From the IMG/VR virus record IMGVR_UViG_3300045954_000073, positions 1 to 60,277 of that record: a stretch of 60,277 nucleotides of DNA; one strand, 5' to 3'. Under the pieces are notes generated by a model, which searched no databases, had not been told where the DNA came from, and saw nothing but the letters and a program-made list of their open reading frames with translations. A program made the position numbers and the translations under genes. This DNA is from a virus (Duplodnaviria; Caudoviricetes). This document shows, piece by piece, positions 10,046 to 19,212 of the stretch. Within the stretch, counting starts at the first letter, position 1. Each line of letters begins with the position of its first letter.

Positions 10046-10393
10046 CTAGACGTGGGTTTTACGACGCACGCAACGAGATTTGGTTGGTATTGCAACCCAA
10101 ATAAGCGTCCAAAGTATTAGCAGAATTCTCAGAAATAGATTCACCAAAGGGCGCAAAGGTGTTTTCCAAAATATCCACCAATGCACAATCCAATGAGCGG
10201 TCTTAGAGAGTGGTACTGTGTCACGCAGTGGCATTTCTTTCTGGAAGTTTTTGTAGGTCATGTGGTGACAATGACTACTTTTAGCCCAAGGAAATACTAC
10301 ACAGTGTTTTTTAGTTAATGCTTGACAACGACCTGATTTCTCCTTCCACCGAGGAGAATTGATGTAGATATAATACTGCGGAGAACGGCTCAT
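10046..10393 (-). CDS. Degenerate HNH-like protein with C-terminal hydrophobic helix
   Basis: YINSPRW...HCHHMTY...PLSKTAH pattern typical of small HNH proteins. Confidence 0.55.
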   Translation of the reverse strand: MSRSPQYYIYINSPRWKEKSGRCQALTKKHCVVFPWAKSSHCHHMTYKNFQKEMPLRDTVPLSKTAHWIVHWWIFWKTPLRPLVNLFLRILLILWTLIWVAIPTKSRCVRRKTHV

Positions 10394-10529
10394 ATTTTTG
10401 CCACCTCTGCTATGTGTCCGTTAAAATTTTGATGCGGTGCATGACCATAGACAAATTAAAACCTCTTTCGGGGAAGGGGTCAATAAAACTGTCACTATCT
10501 AGTGACATTGTTAGTACCCATAAGTGACA

Positions 10530-10877
10530 TTATTGCAGCTTGCCTAACGCCTCCAGTACAGCGTACCTTTGATGAGCCAAACTCAGTAACGGGTTTATGT
10601 AAATGGGGTAATCTTGCTTTCCGTCCTCCCATTTCCAGTGTCTACGGATGCTTTCATAGGTAATAGCATTTTCTGTAAGCTTGACTAGCTCTAAGATACA
10701 GGCTTTTTTGTATCCATACTCACCTGGATGAATTCCGTAAAGCTTAGGTATCCATATACTGCAAAATTCTTCTATATTCACTTTGTGCTGTAGCTTTAGG
10801 TAGGCTTGTAATGTAATAACTTGCATAGTCCCAAAATGTGATAGTCTTAATCTCATAATTCTATGGCAAGTTATCAA
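10530..10877 (-). CDS. Hypothetical protein, possibly regulatory (start likely 10826)
   Basis: Open ORF heading the minus-strand module. Confidence 0.55.
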   Translation of the reverse strand: MITCHRIMRLRLSHFGTMQVITLQAYLKLQHKVNIEEFCSIWIPKLYGIHPGEYGYKKACILELVKLTENAITYESIRRHWKWEDGKQDYPIYINPLLSLAHQRYAVLEALGKLQ

Positions 10878-11231
10878 ATTTTATGCTAAAAATACTTTTT
10901 TAGGACTAAACGGCATAGTTCGATAAACCAAATGCAATCTTCACCAATAGCCATGAAGACCAAGAATTAATTTCTGGGGTGTTATAGGACATAAATAATT
11001 CTTACCCAATCAGCTGGGTGCATATCGCCTGCCATCATATCTATTGTGGACAACCAGCGTCAGAAAAGTCTATGGATAAGCTGATAAAGGTTGCTCGTTA
11101 GCCTTTGCTCTACAAGAATTCCAGCAAAAACCTCTCTAAGAGATTCCATTTGACACAAGCTAAAACCCTTAATTAGTCGTTTATAAATGTCAGTGGAACA
11201 GTTTTATATTGCCACCATGCGATTAAGTCTA

Positions 11232-11255
11232 CCTCATGATGAAATCCTCAACAGG
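11232..11255. repeat. Dispersed palindrome, degenerate copy
   Basis: CCTCATGATGAAATCCTCAACAGG. Confidence 0.7.
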
Positions 11256-11342
11256 GATATTTAAAATTCTTTTTACGCTGTTTTATTTATTAGAAAAATT
11301 TCCAGATCGGTTAATATAATTAACAACATTAATTATAGATTT

Positions 11343-11615
11343 ATGCAGAAAAAACTAGGAATATTTGCTAAATGTTCGTTAGCGATGATAGTGACTTTGA
11401 TATTTGCCTCTCACACGCTAGAAGGACTTAATGTTGCAGCGAAAAAAACACCTCAAGGCGACGAGGTGTACGAGCTTTCTTACACTTCTCGCGCAATAGA
11501 TCCATTTATTTCTGCTGCTTTTATTACGTTAATTACTGGAATACTAGGAATTCGTCTGCCAGGCAATAGAATTCAATCTAGAAGTGTAGATAAGAACAAT
11601 AACAATCATGAGTAA
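11343..11615 (+). CDS. Small two-TM membrane protein (holin-like size and topology)
   Basis: Two hydrophobic helices, charged C-terminus. Confidence 0.55.
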   Translation: MQKKLGIFAKCSLAMIVTLIFASHTLEGLNVAAKKTPQGDEVYELSYTSRAIDPFISAAFITLITGILGIRLPGNRIQSRSVDKNNNNHE

Positions 11616-11630
11616 TCGGACAAGTAAGCA

Positions 11631-12293
11631 GTGCGAAAATGGCTTAGGAAATCTAGCAAAACTCAGACTCCAAAAATTTCCAAATCCTGGTACAGGAAAG
11701 GTATCTGCAAAATTCTACTTCTCAAGAGGGAGAAAGATTGGGAGGTGGCAACATTCCGCATCAACCCCTCCAGAGAGATGTTCAGACTTAGTGAATATTA
11801 TTATTTCCGCACCGAAAACGAGCAGCGAAAGTTCAAGCTTATTGGGCATAGTTACTACCTCCGAGTTGATAATCTCCAAAGAATGGAAGCAGAGGTGGTT
11901 GGGGTTATCAATGGAGCCGCCGTCATATTGGGAAATGCTGAAAGCACTTTTTGTGAGCATTTTACTCACAAACTTTCAGTATTTTATGTGCTTGGTGCTG
12001 GTGCTGATATTATTGTGGGTATTTGGGATATAGGAATACAGAATAGTATTATTTACCAAAGTGTCTCGTCTCTAGATTTAATGTTTGGACAAGCGTTAGG
12101 GGTGGTTGCACTCAAAGCATTAAAAGCTGTCCACAAACCGGAATATGGAGAGGATTTCACATGGGTGCAATTTATGGAAAACAGGAACTGGCTACAAGAA
12201 TTTTTGGAAGCGATTCAGGCGATCGCCCTGAAGATGGGAGTATCCGTGGAGCAAGTAAATGTTCTAGAAATCTATAAAAGGAAATCAGCCTAA
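11631..12293 (+). CDS. Hypothetical protein
   Basis: 220-aa ORF ending just before a terminator. Confidence 0.6.
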   Translation: MRKWLRKSSKTQTPKISKSWYRKGICKILLLKREKDWEVATFRINPSREMFRLSEYYYFRTENEQRKFKLIGHSYYLRVDNLQRMEAEVVGVINGAAVILGNAESTFCEHFTHKLSVFYVLGAGADIIVGIWDIGIQNSIIYQSVSSLDLMFGQALGVVALKALKAVHKPEYGEDFTWVQFMENRNWLQEFLEAIQAIALKMGVSVEQVNVLEIYKRKSA

Positions 12294-12308
12294 GTCTGTT
12301 TGCTCATT

Positions 12309-12338
12309 AAAAAAACACTCCAATATGGAGCGTTTTTT
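12309..12338. terminator. Bidirectional terminator between convergent genes
   Basis: AAAAAAAC-ACTCCA-ata-TGGAGC-GTTTTTT. Confidence 0.7.
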
Positions 12339-12364
12339 GCTTTTTAGAAAGCGACTTTATCAAA

Positions 12365-12736
12365 CTAAGACTCGGTGGGGACTACTGGAGTTTCTGTCTG
12401 GATTTCTGTCTGTTCAGCAGTAGGCGTGAAAATGTTGGCTATGTTCACACCGATGTTGTCTAAGCCAGCTTTAGCAGAGGTTAGTTGATAAATTGCTTCT
12501 TGCAAATTTGCCTTATCTTCTGGTGATTCAGACAAATCTACAGTTTTCAATTTTTCAATTGCTTCTTTGACTTCCTGTGTTTCGGTCGCAATCAGGGCAG
12601 GAATAGCATCAATTCCTTGCTTAATAGCTACCGTTAATTTTTTGACTTCTAAAGTAGAACTCATGATTTGATTTTGCTTGCTGATTATTTGTTTTAGTAG
12701 GCTTGGGATATTCAGCCAATTAAAGTTGTTAAACAC
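12365..12736 (-). CDS. Coiled-coil hypothetical protein
   Basis: 123-aa ORF with heptad pattern. Confidence 0.6.
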   Translation of the reverse strand: MFNNFNWLNIPSLLKQIISKQNQIMSSTLEVKKLTVAIKQGIDAIPALIATETQEVKEAIEKLKTVDLSESPEDKANLQEAIYQLTSAKAGLDNIGVNIANIFTPTAEQTEIQTETPVVPTES

Positions 12737-12920
12737 AGGCTGACTCCACCAATTTACTTCAATAAAGTATAGCTAATTTATAATTGATATGGCAGGTAAT
12801 TTTTATTTTTAAATTAATTAAAAGAGTTTATTGCTGATAAAATTATCATAATTAAAATCCATAATCATGATTGAAAAAGAGATTAGCAGCGAATAATGCA
12901 ACCACCCCTCTAAATTTTTG

Positions 12921-12941
12921 CTCATGATGAATTCATCATGA
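12921..12941. repeat. Dispersed palindrome copy
   Basis: CTCATGATGAATTCATCATGA. Confidence 0.95.
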
Positions 12942-13170
12942 ATTGTGCAGTATGATTTGCTAACTTGCTAAAGCTTGTACTTACGTAAACACGCTTTTGA
13001 ATTTAATTAAATTGCTAGAAAGGTATCATAAGCAACTTTTTAACGCGTCTTTATTATAGATTTTTATACTTCTTTCAGAGAAAATACTAGGGAAGAAGTT
13101 GTTTAAAAATGATACAAATGAAATAACTAAATAACTGTGCAACATTTACGCGCAGATTTGCACCGATTCT

Positions 13171-13932
13171 TTGAGAAATATGCAAGCTATTCCTAGTCAA
13201 GCACTCTATCAATACCTTGTGAATTCCAGTTGTGGCGACCTACTAAGGTTTTGCGAAGTGTCTTTTGAGAAAAATCAATACGGGCATTGCGTGATCATAC
13301 ATTGTAGGGATGGATTTAGCGCGATCCATATATCGAAACAATATCAAGGATTGGTGTCCACAATTGTATCTGTAGCAGTTGGGCAATGGGAAGCTGTAAT
13401 ATTAAGATTAAAGGGGCAAGATATCAACATCATCCCCCTTCGTGAAAATTTTTTAGTTTCCAATATGATGATAGCATCTACCAAAGCTCAAATTCCTCAT
13501 TACCAAGGTTTATTAGAACTTGCGTGTTCCGAACCAGAATACGCCACCTATGTTACTTTAGTACCCACTAGAGATGGACAATCAGTTTGGGAGTGGGGAA
13601 AGCCCATAGAGTGTATTCTGGCTAGCGATGGAGTCAGCAAATTCTCTTCTCGCCAGCCATTCAAATTTCATCGAGCGAATATTACTCGCCTTTATGACAG
13701 GCAAGAGATGGAGCGGCAGATGTTGGACTTAACTAGGGAGTTTAGGCGATCGCCCAGAGACAGAGTAGTTATCACAGACTATCCATACGAAACCTATCTG
13801 TCAGATCCACACTTTGAAGACGAATTGGTAAAATCTCAGCAAAAAGGTCGGTATTTAGCCGACCTTGAAATGATGTTCGTAGAAAATGTTGGTTTAATAA
13901 GAATCTGTCGTTGTAAGCAACAGATAGTTTAG
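13171..13932 (+). CDS. Hypothetical protein convergent with the repressor
   Basis: 253-aa ORF; no motif recognised. Confidence 0.65.
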   Translation: MRNMQAIPSQALYQYLVNSSCGDLLRFCEVSFEKNQYGHCVIIHCRDGFSAIHISKQYQGLVSTIVSVAVGQWEAVILRLKGQDINIIPLRENFLVSNMMIASTKAQIPHYQGLLELACSEPEYATYVTLVPTRDGQSVWEWGKPIECILASDGVSKFSSRQPFKFHRANITRLYDRQEMERQMLDLTREFRRSPRDRVVITDYPYETYLSDPHFEDELVKSQQKGRYLADLEMMFVENVGLIRICRCKQQIV

Positions 13933-14660
13933 TACTGATTAGTATGATGTCCATTTTCTTGTTCCTGTGGTTCACCAAGAAGCACAGGATTTTCTGTTAC
14001 TGTGACCCACTGGGCATAGGAATAAACTTTATGTTCAGGATCTACGACTGTATGAATTATTGCCCTTTCTGATTCTAAGGCGCATGAGCCTTTCCCCGCC
14101 TGGATTTCGCGCAATCGTTCCACCGTAGGCAAGAAAGGATCGGTGTCAGAAATGGCTTGAATCCTCGACTCTAAGGCATCCTGTGTGATGCCATTCCTCT
14201 CCATTGCCTCCCGTAGCATCTCTGAAAATTTCACCACGTTTTTAATCACCCCTTTGATTTTTGATGATTGTACTGTAGTGGAACTGCAATAATCTGCATC
14301 TATAGATGTAGAGCGTGGATAATGTTCGCACGCAATATTAATAAAATCGTCTATCGTCAAAAGATTCCCATTTTCATCCGTCACAAAGCCAGCGGCGGCG
14401 ATCGCTGCCAATGTGTTGTACTGAGGTGTCCCAATCCCATTTTCCACGTTGCCAATTGTCTTGGCAGAAACGCGCTTTTGGGTTTTTGCAAAAATCTCAT
14501 CTGCCGCTTTTTGCAGGCTAAACACTTTATCATCTCCTGGCAACTTTTGCTTTTCCCTGGCGATACGAATTAACCGCCCAAGCTTGGCTAGGCCGTTGTC
14601 TGTCCAAAATTTAGGTTTGTTTTCAGCTTGAGATTGCACTTTGTGGCGTCTGTTGCACAT
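13929..14660 (-). CDS. XRE-family CI-like repressor with two HTH-like domains
   Basis: LIRIAREK...SLQKAADEI...SAKTIGNVENG plus a second segment LREAMERNGITQDAL; divergent from the early operon. Confidence 0.75.
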   Translation of the reverse strand: MCNRRHKVQSQAENKPKFWTDNGLAKLGRLIRIAREKQKLPGDDKVFSLQKAADEIFAKTQKRVSAKTIGNVENGIGTPQYNTLAAIAAAGFVTDENGNLLTIDDFINIACEHYPRSTSIDADYCSSTTVQSSKIKGVIKNVVKFSEMLREAMERNGITQDALESRIQAISDTDPFLPTVERLREIQAGKGSCALESERAIIHTVVDPEHKVYSYAQWVTVTENPVLLGEPQEQENGHHTNQY

Positions 14661-14765
14661 TTCTTAGAATTTTATCACAAATTTTTGTGATATTTTTTTG
14701 TTTTATGTACCATGTAACAGACTTCATGCTATATTCTGTATCATGTATCATGTAACATATTTCAA
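14661..14765. promoter_or_regulatory. Divergent immunity control region
   Basis: Inverted repeat TATCACAAA-TT-TTTGTGATA (14673-14692) and repeated CATGTAAC/CATGTATC between divergent regulators. Confidence 0.6.
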
Positions 14766-14957
14766 ATGCCTGTTACTGTTTATGACAACATAAAAGTGTA
14801 TCAAAAGGCTCTGGTGCGAATACATCCAGATTTGCTGGAGCCAATCAAAGACTTAGCGACTAAGAGAGGAATAACTCAAACGCACATGATTGAGACTTTG
14901 CTCCAAATAGGCATCATACATTTAGAAAGTTTTGAGTTAGCAGAAGCTAGAAACTAG
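14766..14957 (+). CDS. Ribbon-helix-helix-like small regulator in the Cro position
   Basis: LVRIHPDLLEPIKDLATKRGITQTHMIETLL. Confidence 0.7.
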   Translation: MPVTVYDNIKVYQKALVRIHPDLLEPIKDLATKRGITQTHMIETLLQIGIIHLESFELAEARN

Positions 14958-15000
14958 TCATGAACCAACTCAATATTTGCGTGGAGGGTCAGGAGGGTCA

Positions 15001-15333
15001 ATGGAGCAAATCTTAATTACTCCAGAGGCGCTCAAGCAAGCAATCCGCGAGGTGCTGGCTGAGTTCATGCCGAATTCGGCATTAGCAACTCATAACGCAA
15101 GACAGGAATGGTTCGACACTGACCCTGCTTATTCCATGATTGGAGTCCGGTCAGCCCGGCGACTTAGAGCCAAAGTGCTGAATGGCACTTTGCGCCAAGG
15201 CATTGACTGGCGCGATGACCGGGAGCCAGGGGCGGAAAGGCCCTCATATAGGTTTCACGTAGAAAATTGCAAGAAGCGTCTTGCAGTCCCACCCGAAAAA
15301 CGTAAATTATCTCGCAAAGCGCAAGCGCAATAG
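15001..15333 (+). CDS. Excisionase-like / winged-helix DNA-binding protein
   Basis: GGAGG SD before ATG 15001; EWFDT..AY..IG...SARRLR...LRQGIDW pattern. Confidence 0.55.
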   Translation: MEQILITPEALKQAIREVLAEFMPNSALATHNARQEWFDTDPAYSMIGVRSARRLRAKVLNGTLRQGIDWRDDREPGAERPSYRFHVENCKKRLAVPPEKRKLSRKAQAQ

Positions 15334-15334
15334 T

Positions 15335-16795
15335 ATGAAGACAGATTTTATAAACTGGAAAATTGAAGACATCAAAATTCCTGATGGCATGGTGTCCAAC
15401 AAGGTTTTGGTGCAACAGAATGTTGAAGCATTCAACGAAGATGGTGCAGTTGAGGAAATATCTGTAGATGCAGATGGCTATCTTATAAAGGGAATAAATG
15501 GGGTTGAAGCACTCAAGGAGCTTGGACAATCCGAAGTTTACGCCCTCACCACATTGCCCGACACCCCTGCAATACCAGAGTTGCAGTATATCCCCATTGA
15601 AAATCTGCAACTTCATCCTATAAACAGCAGTATTTATGGAAGAGGCGAGAATCTTGAGAAACTAGAAATAAGCCTTAGGGAAGTAGGATGCCTTAATCCG
15701 CTAACCGTGGTGCCGGCAGAAGCTTCTCACTTCAAAGACAAGCTTCTCAAAGTAGAAGGATTTGTGCCAGTAGACGGGAATTCTAGACTTGCTGCAGGTG
15801 GCAATGTTGGATTAAAAGGTTTCCTAGCTCGTGTAGTGACTTTTAATTCGAGTGCAGAGGAGCTGGAGGCTTTGCTATCAGCAAACGTATATCGACAGAA
15901 GTCCATCATCCAAATAGTACGAGAGTTAGAGTACTGGGAAGAAATCGAGCAGGCAAAAGCCGAGGAACGCCGGGGGAAGGCGGGAAAGGGGCTGGGTTCA
16001 GTTCGGGATATCGTAGCCCGGCGAGCCAATTGGGCAGGTTCCACATACGCCCATGCTAAAAAGGCAGTTGCCTATATGGACAAATTTGCGAACGCCCCCC
16101 AAGGATCGCATGAATACAAACTTTATTGGAACCTTAGAAAGAAGTTAGAACAGCCTAGAGGCGTCGAAGGTGCTTATAAGCTAATCGAGCCTTTTGTCAA
16201 AGAGGAGTTTCCACAGGAAACTAAAATTAAAATCTACGACTCCGTAAAAATCATCAACGGGGAATATGAAGGCAAGCAAGGCGTAGTTCGGGTTTGCCTT
16301 GACGATGGCTCGTTTCTCGTTAACCTTGATGGTACAGACCCCAAGTCCCAGCCAAAATTCAAGGCAACCGAATTGGAGCTAATTCCAATTGAGAAAATAG
16401 AACCTTCCACATCACAGACCAAACAGTCAGAACCGCCCACCTCTGTAGAGCAAGAACTATCTAAAAAACAAGAGGAACTTGGATTAGGGAAGAGCAAAGA
16501 ACAAGTCCTGCCATCAAAGAAAAAACCTGGTATTCAACCAGAAGAAGAGATCCAGTCGCAAGTCTTGCAAGCTAATGGCAGCAAGTTCAAGGATGGACAA
16601 ACTGAGGCAGCTTTTAGGGCAGTTCTTCAGCTGAACCCCAGACAAATATTTGAACTATTTTCAGCTCTCAATCAAGATATGTCTGTCGAACAACTAGAAG
16701 CTTTATGGCGGGCATTTAAATCCAATTTAGAGCATAAGGTAGATGATCGCAGCCTTGAAGCTTGGTCAAACATTATTTTGCAAAAGGCGGCTTAA
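15335..16795 (+). CDS. ParB/Srx-like N-terminal domain protein with HTH and KOW-like motif
   Basis: IPIENLQLHPIN...LNPLTV...VDGNSRL; HTH-like RDIVARRANWAGST; VKIINGEYEGKQGVV; ATG 15335 follows the upstream stop. Confidence 0.75.
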   Translation: MKTDFINWKIEDIKIPDGMVSNKVLVQQNVEAFNEDGAVEEISVDADGYLIKGINGVEALKELGQSEVYALTTLPDTPAIPELQYIPIENLQLHPINSSIYGRGENLEKLEISLREVGCLNPLTVVPAEASHFKDKLLKVEGFVPVDGNSRLAAGGNVGLKGFLARVVTFNSSAEELEALLSANVYRQKSIIQIVRELEYWEEIEQAKAEERRGKAGKGLGSVRDIVARRANWAGSTYAHAKKAVAYMDKFANAPQGSHEYKLYWNLRKKLEQPRGVEGAYKLIEPFVKEEFPQETKIKIYDSVKIINGEYEGKQGVVRVCLDDGSFLVNLDGTDPKSQPKFKATELELIPIEKIEPSTSQTKQSEPPTSVEQELSKKQEELGLGKSKEQVLPSKKKPGIQPEEEIQSQVLQANGSKFKDGQTEAAFRAVLQLNPRQIFELFSALNQDMSVEQLEALWRAFKSNLEHKVDDRSLEAWSNIILQKAA

Positions 16796-16797
16796 AT

Positions 16798-16983
16798 ATG
16801 GCGATGCCTAAATGCATTCGATACCAAATACCTGCTCACGAAATAGCTAATGCTCAAAAAGGCGTACCAATGGAAAACCTAGAGAAAATATCTGAACCCG
16901 AAGAATTTACCGTCGATTTTGAGGTTGCATGGGAAGCCTCTCGCGGACACAAAATATCTAACAGAAAAGCAAAGAAACCTTAG
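16798..16983 (+). CDS. Hypothetical protein
   Basis: ATG directly after the ParB-like stop. Confidence 0.5.
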   Translation: MAMPKCIRYQIPAHEIANAQKGVPMENLEKISEPEEFTVDFEVAWEASRGHKISNRKAKKP

Positions 16984-17047
16984 TGGAACTATTGTCAAGC
17001 AAAGGGCGGGAAGTACCCGCCCCATTCCCCGTTAGAAACTTATTTAA

Positions 17048-17284
17048 ATGTCAACACTACTTGTAGTAGGTGCAATTGTTCAGCACATAAATTCAGATTG
17101 TCCCCATATCGGCGGCATAAACGGTCAAATAACCTGGATGGATACTAGCGGGACTTTCTGCGATGTGGTCTTTGATTTACCCCCAATCGAGGTCATCAAA
17201 CACCCTCACCTCAACGAACGTTATTACAACCGAATCAACGACCCGGTACGGCTACCCACAAGACTCTTAAAGCAAGTGGAATAA
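17048..17284 (+). CDS. Hypothetical protein
   Basis: 78 aa, TAATG coupling to the next gene. Confidence 0.6.
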   Translation: MSTLLVVGAIVQHINSDCPHIGGINGQITWMDTSGTFCDVVFDLPPIEVIKHPHLNERYYNRINDPVRLPTRLLKQVE

Positions 17285-17985
17285 TGGATCAGCTAACTCT
17301 CAACATTGAAGTTCCTCGCACATCTAAACCTAAACAAACAATAAAACGACACGACCTTGACAGATATGATTCCCCTGGGTGGTTTGTCACTCATCTACCT
17401 AACTATCTGAATATAAAAGGCGTGATTGGTGAACCTTGCAAAGGTGCTGGCAACCTATCAAGCTTACTAAGCTGCTTTGACGGATGTACAACTTTGTGGA
17501 CTAACGACATAGACACAAGTTTATCGACCAATTTTTATCTGGATGCCGCCGATCCTGTCTCATGGTTGCAATTTCCAAAAACGGATTGGGTAGTAACTAA
17601 TCCTCCATTCGATCAAGCTTTTGATATTCTGCAAAACGCTTACATCTATGCCCGTGTTGGTGTAGTCATGTTCCTCCGCCTTTCGTTTATAGAGCCTACA
17701 GCAGAGCGGGGTCAATGGTTGTTTAACTATCCTCGTTACGTTGACTTAGTTTATCCCCGATTCAAATTCCGTAGGGATAAAAACAATAAATCTTGGCAAG
17801 CAGATTCAGTACCAATAGCGGCAATGGTATGGCGCAAAGACACTAATCAAAGGCTAGGTTCTATGACAATTCCTAGTTCTCACATACTAGGATTTCATGA
17901 CAACCCAGAAAACGGGCCAAGCATAAATCAGCAAATCAAGAACTTGAGGCAAATTCAAAATAATTCTCAAATTACCAACTGGTAA
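17284..17985 (+). CDS. Phage amino (N6-adenine-type) DNA methyltransferase
   Basis: EPCKGAG SAM-binding motif, NDID, VVTNPPF catalytic motif. Confidence 0.85.
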   Translation: MDQLTLNIEVPRTSKPKQTIKRHDLDRYDSPGWFVTHLPNYLNIKGVIGEPCKGAGNLSSLLSCFDGCTTLWTNDIDTSLSTNFYLDAADPVSWLQFPKTDWVVTNPPFDQAFDILQNAYIYARVGVVMFLRLSFIEPTAERGQWLFNYPRYVDLVYPRFKFRRDKNNKSWQADSVPIAAMVWRKDTNQRLGSMTIPSSHILGFHDNPENGPSINQQIKNLRQIQNNSQITNW

Positions 17986-17989
17986 ATCT

Positions 17990-18292
17990 ATGTCTGAAAT
18001 TATCATTCACATACAACCCCAAAAATACATTGACATTATTCGCAACACTCCCGTAGAACTATTGCCTGAAATTTCGCCAGAAATTGAACAGCAAATATTA
18101 GGAAAAGTTTGCAAAATTTGCAACAAAGCAACAGGTACTTATATGTATCGCTTGCTCTATCAAGTAGTCGCGAGTCATGGCTACTGGATTAAACCAGAGC
18201 AATTTTCAACTCAAGGTTTAGTACTTATGACTACCACAAACCTAGTTAAAATGCCGAATTGGCACGAGCGACGGACGTTTGATTTTAACTGA
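17990..18292 (+). CDS. Hypothetical protein
   Basis: 100-aa ORF in the early operon. Confidence 0.55.
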   Translation: MSEIIIHIQPQKYIDIIRNTPVELLPEISPEIEQQILGKVCKICNKATGTYMYRLLYQVVASHGYWIKPEQFSTQGLVLMTTTNLVKMPNWHERRTFDFN

Positions 18293-18384
18293 TAAATTTG
18301 CCCAAGAAACTTTGTCAGAGATTGCGTCACAACATCAAAAATTTTTGTTTAATCTTCTTGAAATTGTAATCAAAACACTTTGCA

Positions 18385-19212
18385 ATGAAAACTCCTCCAT
18401 TGCTTCGGTATCATGGTGGCAAATATCGTGATGCTCACCGGATTATCTCGCAATTCCCATCACATGAATTTTATGTTGAAGTATTTGGTGGTGGCGCTTC
18501 GGTGCTGTTGCAAAAACAGCCTTCTTCATTTGAGGTCTACAACGATCTCAGTGGAGATGTGGTGAACTTTTTTAAAGTGCTGCGTGATCAGGCAGATGAG
18601 CTAATTAAAACTATCCAGTTAACTCCATATTCAAGGCTGGAAAGAAAATTAGCTTATGAGCCAGCAGCAGATAGCTTGGAGCGTGCCCGCAGATTGTACA
18701 TCCGCAGCTGGCAGGGCTTTGGTTCTAGTTCGCTAAAAATGAATACTGGATGGCGTTTTATGTATCGCCAATTAAGCGGCGAGAACGTTGTCGCCTCCTT
18801 CAACCGCACCGATCACTTGTATATTCTGGCAGCGCGACTCAAGCAGGTGCAGATTGAAAATGATGACGCTATCTCCATCATTAAACGTTATGGCAGAAAT
18901 GAAAAGACGCTGTTTTATTTAGATCCGCCATACCCCCACAGCACTCGTACAAGTTCAAATAGCTACGACCACGAAATGACAGATGAGCAGCACAGAGAAC
19001 TAGCACAAGTTTTGCATTCATTTAACGGGATGTACTTGATCAGTGGTTATGATTGTGAGCTTTACCGAGAACTTTACAAAGGATGGCGGTTAGTCGATTG
19101 GTCAAGCTTGATTAATGGGGTGAAGCGCAAATCCAAAGAGTGCCTTTGGATATCTCCTACTTGTGATTCCCACCAATTGCCGTTGTTTGCGATTAATGGG
19201 CGTGTGCAATGA
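18385..19212 (+). CDS. Dam-like (D12 class) DNA adenine methyltransferase
   Basis: RYHGGK, EVFGGGAS, YND, LDPPY. Confidence 0.92.
   Translation: MKTPPLLRYHGGKYRDAHRIISQFPSHEFYVEVFGGGASVLLQKQPSSFEVYNDLSGDVVNFFKVLRDQADELIKTIQLTPYSRLERKLAYEPAADSLERARRLYIRSWQGFGSSSLKMNTGWRFMYRQLSGENVVASFNRTDHLYILAARLKQVQIENDDAISIIKRYGRNEKTLFYLDPPYPHSTRTSSNSYDHEMTDEQHRELAQVLHSFNGMYLISGYDCELYRELYKGWRLVDWSSLINGVKRKSKECLWISPTCDSHQLPLFAINGRVQ

Noticed and set aside
11608-12033. 141-aa ORF overlapping 11631-12293
   Set aside because: Probably a shadow frame; no motif, and the longer ORF ends at the terminator. Not fully excluded
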